Under the pieces are notes generated by a model that was given only the letters and a program-made list of their open reading frames with translations, ran no database searches and was not told the origin of the DNA. Below, piece after piece: positions 62,829 to 64,000 of a DNA stretch of 64,000 bases. Positions within the stretch are counted from its first letter, which is position 1. Every line of letters begins with the position of its first letter. This DNA is from an uncultured delta proteobacterium (GTDB taxonomy: Bacteria; Desulfobacterota; Binatia; UBA9968). The stretch lies in the NCBI GenBank assembly GCA_963804165.1, contig CAWDPO010000004.1, positions 96,001 to 160,000 on the forward strand, in the 5' to 3' direction. Both the position numbers and the translations under genes were made by a program.

Positions 62829-63682
62829 AAGTTTTGATAACCACCGATCAAGAGAAGCGTGCGCGGCTGCGCGCCATTCTCGCCGACCCGAAAGGCGCTA
62901 TCGCGCCCGGAGTCACCGACGCGCTGTTCGCGCGCCTCGCGCAAGACTGCGGCTATGGCGCCGTGCATCTCTCAGGCAATGCGATCCATAAGAACTTTTG
63001 CCTGCCGGACCGCAATCTCCTGACCATCACGCAAATCGCCCAGCGTGTCGGACAGATCTCGGAAATAAGCGATATCCCGCTGATCGTCGATGGCGGTACC
63101 ATTTGCCTCGAGAGCGCGGCGCTGAGGCGAACGGTAAAATCGTACGAGCGAGCGGGCGCCGCCGCGATTCGTTTCGAGGACAGCTTGGTCAACGAGTACG
63201 GCGCCCCCGCTGGGGATCTCACCATCGCACCGCTGCCCGTGATCGTCGAGCGCATCAAGGCCGCCGCTGACGCCCGTACCGACCCGTCTCTGGTTCTGAT
63301 TGCGCGATGTGATTCCAGGCCGAAAGAATCTCTCGATCAGGTTTGCCAACGGCTGGCGGCATACGCCGAAGCCGGCGCCGATGCCGTCGGCGTACAGCTT
63401 ACCGACGCCAATGACTTCCGCCACGTTGGCTCCCATGCGCCGGCGCCGCTGGTCGGCTTATGGCCCAGGGCGCAGATGAACGCGTTTCAGTTCTTGCAAA
63501 TGGGATTTCGCATCGCGCTCATGCCCTCCAGTCTCCCGCTTGCCGCCTTAGGCGGCGCGAGGGAGATGCTTCTCGCACTCAAGCGATCCGGCAGTGATCG
63601 CGATTATTTCGATAAGCGAAATGGTTCTGCCGAAACCGAAGTTTGGTATAAGAATCTGGGTTCGACTCGAAAGTTAATCTAA
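62825..63682 (+). CDS. Isocitrate lyase/PEP mutase superfamily protein with divergent active site
   Basis: APGVTDALFARL, LPD, IPLIVD, IRFED, LIARCD and AYAEAGAD. GTG overlaps the upstream stop. Confidence 0.88.
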   Translation: MKVLITTDQEKRARLRAILADPKGAIAPGVTDALFARLAQDCGYGAVHLSGNAIHKNFCLPDRNLLTITQIAQRVGQISEISDIPLIVDGGTICLESAALRRTVKSYERAGAAAIRFEDSLVNEYGAPAGDLTIAPLPVIVERIKAAADARTDPSLVLIARCDSRPKESLDQVCQRLAAYAEAGADAVGVQLTDANDFRHVGSHAPAPLVGLWPRAQMNAFQFLQMGFRIALMPSSLPLAALGGAREMLLALKRSGSDRDYFDKRNGSAETEVWYKNLGSTRKLI

Positions 63683-63694
63683 CTGGAAGATTGC

Positions 63695-64000
63695 ATGCTC
63701 AAAGAGCTCCCACTGCCGCAGGCCTATCGGGCCACGCCCACCGGACTGTATCTCATTTCCACCGCGCACCAAGGCAAACGCAACGTCCAGTTTGCCTTCC
63801 GCGCCCTAGGTCTCTCCGATGAGCCTCCCCTGCTCATGATCGGTATCCAGGACAAAAATTTCAGCCGCGAGATGATCCAGAAAAGCGGTGAGTTCGTGTT
63901 GAATGTCTGCTCGCAAAGTCAGCTTCGCGCCGTGGACAAAAGTCGTGATCTCACCGGTCGCACGACCGACGACAAATTTCTTGCCCTGGGCTTAGACACA
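63695..64000 (+). CDS. Flavin reductase-like protein (partial, runs off window)
   Basis: MLKELPLPQAYRATPTGLYLIST...LSDEPPLLMIGI....SREMIQKSGEFVLNV...TGR..DKF. Confidence 0.85.
   Translation, partial: MLKELPLPQAYRATPTGLYLISTAHQGKRNVQFAFRALGLSDEPPLLMIGIQDKNFSREMIQKSGEFVLNVCSQSQLRAVDKSRDLTGRTTDDKFLALGLDT

Noticed and set aside
1-64000. CRISPR arrays, rRNA, intact tRNA, prophage or defence genes
   Set aside because: No regularly spaced repeats or diagnostic motifs found by eye.

Overview
Bacterial chromosomal window. Gene style (NitT/TauT-type binding protein, sigma-54 activators, secA) suggests a Deltaproteobacteria/Binatota-like soil organism; this is inference. Roughly 1-47,600 is a surface-structure and c-di-GMP/sigma-54 region. 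It contains an MshEN-motif AAA ATPase, a sigma-54 activator and an SH3-retropepsin protease; an unexplained 5-gene operon (membrane-anchored disordered protein, small coiled-coil, DUF4388 protein, HAMP-only receptor, SBP-LysM fusion); a complete Tad/Flp pilus cluster followed by DsbA, a GT-C, a prenyltransferase-repeat protein and a Tat-lipoprotein DUF362; a diguanylate cyclase, a histidine kinase, a second GT-C-like protein and an EAL protein; rfbACBD with a GtrB-like GT2; a BY-kinase and ExeA ATPase; two more sigma-54 regulators; and a truncated nucleotide-sugar dehydrogenase. Roughly 47,800-64,000 holds housekeeping and metabolic genes: secA with a very large helical insertion, murI, an SPL-like radical SAM, Slt, a PuuD-like hydrolase, a 7TM histidine kinase and a catabolic operon. 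Many genes from about 8 to 27 kb are broken by single-base indels, some in homopolymers. These look like long-read consensus errors, so coordinates there are approximate. No rRNA, intact tRNA or CRISPR array was seen. Top leads: the sigma-54-driven DUF4388/HAMP/SBP-LysM operon, a 68-aa 'MGPMA' domain shared by the DUF4388 protein and the ExeA ATPase 34 kb away, the MshEN-ATPase, and the Tad-linked modification genes.
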